A stretch of 64,000 bases of DNA from Escherichia phage vB_EcoM_G17. Both the position numbers and the translations under genes were made by a program. This document shows, in pieces, positions 61,620-64,000 of the stretch. How positions within the stretch are numbered: the stretch's first letter is position 1; each line of letters starts with the position of its first letter. The notes under the pieces were generated by a model that was not told the origin of the DNA, did not search any database, and saw only the letters and a program-made list of their open reading frames with translations. The stretch lies in sequence record MK327931.1. One strand, written 5' to 3'.

Positions 61620-61859
61620 TTACATTCCAACCATTGCAGCACGGATCGCAGTAGTGCTATATTTGAATCCGTCCGGCGTTTTATCTTGTCCAGTCTGTTC
61701 TAAAAATAACATCATATGACGGGCCGCATCATTACGATTAGTATTGGCGGCAATAAAGTCCTGGGCCAACCGGTATAATGATTCATCGTTATTAATCCAA
61801 AGGCTTACATTCCAATGAGTTTTGTTTTTGTGACCTAAGAACATTTTTGATTTAGCCAT
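61620..61859 (-). CDS. hypothetical protein
   Basis: ORF track 61620..61898 trimmed to ATG (MAKSKMF) with AAGAGGA SD. Confidence 0.6.
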   Translation of the reverse strand: MAKSKMFLGHKNKTHWNVSLWINNDESLYRLAQDFIAANTNRNDAARHMMLFLEQTGQDKTPDGFKYSTTAIRAAMVGM

Positions 61860-61880
61860 TTTTTTAATCCTCTTATATAG

Positions 61881-61938
61881 TGGGGAACTATTCCCCACCT
61901 GATGTAAAACATTATACGCTTTTAAACATAGTTTGCAA
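61881..61938 (-). promoter_or_regulatory. sigma70-like promoter + leader hairpin cassette
   Basis: -35 TTGCAA 61933-61938, 16-bp spacer, -10 TATAAT 61911-61916, hairpin TGGGGAA-CTA-TTCCCCA 61881-61897. Confidence 0.6.
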
Positions 61939-61952
61939 GTACTTTATTAAAC

Positions 61953-62315
61953 TTATTCGTAAATTTTGCCACTGTCAGCCCATACCAGGAAACGAGGCAT
62001 ATTATCCCATGCATCTTGTTTTAAATTTAAACCGTGTAATACTTCTGTACTTTCCATTCCTGGTACTGGTTTACTATACACCGCGAAATTTTCGCCCATA
62101 TACTGATAAACCATCGTCAAATCACTGGCGATCATCTTATGGATCATCGCATCAAGCATCACGGTAGCGGCGTATTGTTCACGCTTAAGCGGCAACATTG
62201 TAATAAGTTCCCGATAAGCTGAAATGTGAATTTTTACCGTTTCAGCCGGAAGACCTTTCATCTCTTCACGGAAGTTGACCAGGTTAGAAATAATTTTATT
62301 GATTTGGGTCGCCAT
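61953..62315 (-). CDS. hypothetical protein
   Basis: ORF track 61953..62372 trimmed to ATG (MATQINKII). Confidence 0.6.
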   Translation of the reverse strand: MATQINKIISNLVNFREEMKGLPAETVKIHISAYRELITMLPLKREQYAATVMLDAMIHKMIASDLTMVYQYMGENFAVYSKPVPGMESTEVLHGLNLKQDAWDNMPRFLVWADSGKIYE

Positions 62316-62339
62316 CGTATTAATCTCTTTTAAAGTGTA

Positions 62340-62398
62340 GCGGGAAGTGTTCCCGCTCTCGATGTAAAACATTATACGCCTTTAAACATAGTTTGCAA
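62340..62398 (-). promoter_or_regulatory. sigma70-like promoter + leader hairpin cassette (first of the leftward small-gene cluster)
   Basis: -35 TTGCAA 62393-62398, 16-bp spacer, -10 TATAAT 62371-62376, hairpin GCGGGAA-GTG-TTCCCGC 62340-62357. Confidence 0.6.
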
Positions 62399-62634
62399 GT
62401 ACTTTCTACATGTACTTTTAAAATAGTTTTCTTTCTATATAGGGGAACTATCATTCAGTACTATTATTCAGTACTGAATCAACCAAATCACTACTACACC
62501 CCATAAAACGGCCTCAGACGCATTCTAACGCATTAATACACCTAAGCTATACATTTGCACCATTCCAATCATTCCAGGGCTTTACGGGCCGTTTAAACGC
62601 GTTAAATTATTTTCAATTATTTTGTTTTTAGCTA

Positions 62635-62662
62635 TTGACTCAGTACAGAAAAAGCGTATAAT
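62635..62662 (+). promoter_or_regulatory. plus-strand sigma70-like promoter
   Basis: -35 TTGACT 62635-62640, 16-bp spacer, -10 TATAAT 62657-62662. Confidence 0.45.
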
Positions 62663-62850
62663 TACTACATAGACGCGAGAAAGCGGAAACCCCAGAGGGT
62701 GCGGAATTACGCCCAAAATTCAAGATATAAAAAAAGGATACACTCCCGCACCCTAGCAGGTAAACGCACTTTCTCAGTACTGAAATATAGTACCATAGTC
62801 CGGCCCAGGATAGCAAGCAAATTAATTAAAACTTTTTTGCTTCCAGGGTA

Positions 62851-62878
62851 TTGCTTTATTTTTTCAGTACTGTATAAT
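62851..62878 (+). promoter_or_regulatory. plus-strand sigma70-like promoter
   Basis: -35 TTGCTT 62851-62856, 16-bp spacer with CAGTACTG, -10 TATAAT 62873-62878; followed by CATCAAG..AGCCCACCGGGTGCATAG. Confidence 0.45.
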
Positions 62879-63099
62879 AGTTCCATCAAGTCGAGAAAGA
62901 CTCAAGCCCACCGGGTGCATAGTTACGCCCAAAATTCAGTACTGAAAAAATTTTTAAAAATATCCGTCCAGGCCGTTGACATTGCCCCCAGTTTATAAGA
63001 TAATGATTCCAGATTCAGAAAAATCTAACTCCAGATACTGCGGGGAAACTATCCCCACGCGGTAGGGGAACTATTGGAAAAAACAAAATAAAATTTTGA

Positions 63100-63230
63100 T
63101 TTAGCCGTCTATACTTCCAGACGTGTAACCATCTAGCCGTTTAGCCGTCCAAACGTCTAGCCATCCAGAAATCTAGCCGTCTAGATGGATAGCCATCTTT
63201 ACTTCCAGACTTCTGGAGGGCTAGACATAT
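63100..63230. repeat. iteron-like cluster of short direct repeats (TCTAGCC / TAGCCGTC / TAGCCATC)
   Basis: At least 7 copies of CTAGCC-type units within about 130 bp of ORF-free DNA. Confidence 0.5.
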
Positions 63231-63607
63231 CTACGCCCAAAATCCATCCAGGGTAACTACACCCAAAATCCGTCAGTACTATACCATAGATCTATCTTTT
63301 GAAAGGGAGTATTCAGTACTGCCATCATAGCCCTCACTATGTTACCCTAGGAGGATGAAGACCATCATGTAGTACTGAATACTGTTAGAGGGAATCCACC
63401 AGCACAAGCTGGTGGTATAATGCTTTAGATTAAAATCAGTACTGACACCATTCTGTTAATATCAGTACTGTTATTACGATTTTCATATGAGGTTCAAAAA
63501 GATGTACCACCACAGGAGGAACTATCTTTTCTGTACTGTCTCACGACAGGAGGTAGAGTAAATGAATTGTTCGCAGCAACTCATCACCCCTTGAAGCTAT
63601 GTAGAAC

Positions 63608-63635
63608 ATTATACAGTACTGAATCATAATGTCAA
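63608..63635 (-). promoter_or_regulatory. sigma70-like promoter in right-hand control region
   Basis: -35 TTGACA 63630-63635, 16-bp spacer, -10 TATAAT 63608-63613; no obvious downstream ORF. Confidence 0.4.
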
Positions 63636-64000
63636 TAGCTTTCTTTCATTATTCAGTACTGATATTCTTGAGAACTACCCGACTACAAACATCATTATAT
63701 CCCACAAATCATAAACGTCCCAACGTAAATTTCAACTTTCGAAGATCCAACTTTTATTTCATAGGTACTCCAAAATTTTTAGGATCGAGATTTAGGATGG
63801 AGTACTAACCAACTTTTTGCTGGAGCCTCAAGGGGTAATTGAATTTTACCCCGAAGGGTAAAAGGGTAATTGTAATTAAGGTGAAAGTAATAATTCAGTA
63901 CTAATCATTGCGTGATTACTTTTGATTACATTTGATGTAATTTGCAAAATGGAAAAGGAGCTTGGAAACTACAAAGTACGGCAGACTTCCTCTGCCTACT

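Noticed and set aside
43763-62372. N-terminal extensions of several ORF-track genes (43763..44197, 47138..47434, 49988..50215, 58646..58897, 61620..61898, 61953..62372 and others)
   Set aside because: The extensions read through the promoter -10 box or leader hairpin and lack SD sequences; an internal ATG with a proper SD exists in each case, so the genes were trimmed.
43485-62400. Regularly repeated about 60-bp cassettes could suggest a CRISPR array
   Set aside because: The repeats are imperfect, are separated by 200-600 bp units that each encode a protein with SD and ATG, and have promoter architecture. They are not direct repeats with short spacers.
1865-62998. Plus-strand ORFs of 60-155 aa listed in the six-frame track (for example 1865..2086, 3073..3396, 9841..10080, 13917..14177, 25782..26234, 45807..46274, 51477..51887, 62699..62998)
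   Set aside because: All lie antisense within, or largely overlap, well-supported minus-strand genes or repeat-rich non-coding DNA, lack SD sequences and have low-complexity or odd composition. They are most likely shadow ORFs of AT-rich sequence.
62964-63004. Apparent plus-strand promoter TTGACA ... GATAAT
   Set aside because: Spacing between the -35 and any -10-like hexamer is 22-27 bp, outside the functional range.
63487-63594. Tiny plus-strand ORFs (24 aa and 10 aa) preceded by strong ACAGGAGG sequences
   Set aside because: Too short and without conservation evidence. The AGGAGG repeats may instead be part of an RNA structure in a leader; not annotated as genes.

Overview
Phage-like (virulent Caudoviricetes-type) DNA, almost entirely transcribed leftward (minus strand); the exact phage and host cannot be assigned from sequence alone. 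All coordinates of promoters, hairpins and ORFs shorter than 60 aa were read by eye and are approximate (about +/-3 bp). Layout: (i) 1-4.0 kb holds a small-gene module with an NMNAT-like nucleotidyltransferase and a Dam-family N6-adenine methyltransferase. (ii) 4.6-43.3 kb is a ~39 kb AT-rich super-array of more than 85 tightly packed, start/stop-coupled small genes in two unrelated paralogous families that I do not recognise: Family A (FamA, at least 48 members of 100-210 aa, core motif [DE][DE]x[FYLM]FQx[SA][TL][VI]) and Family B (FamB, at least 33 members of 52-96 aa, core motif LGTxxQExYV), plus a 4-gene Family C at the left edge. (iii) 43.3-62.4 kb is a cluster of about 50 small genes, most preceded by a sigma70-like promoter (TTGACA or TTGCAA, 16-17 bp spacer, TATAAT) followed by a GC hairpin in the 5-prime leader; this resembles the promoter-early stem-loop (PeSL) cassettes reported for T4-like phages. 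Recognisable products there are a Ser/Thr kinase-like protein and a TraR/DksA-type zinc finger. (iv) 62.4-64 kb is a repeat-rich non-coding control region. The palindrome AGTACT looks strongly over-represented throughout. No rRNA, tRNA or CRISPR array was found.
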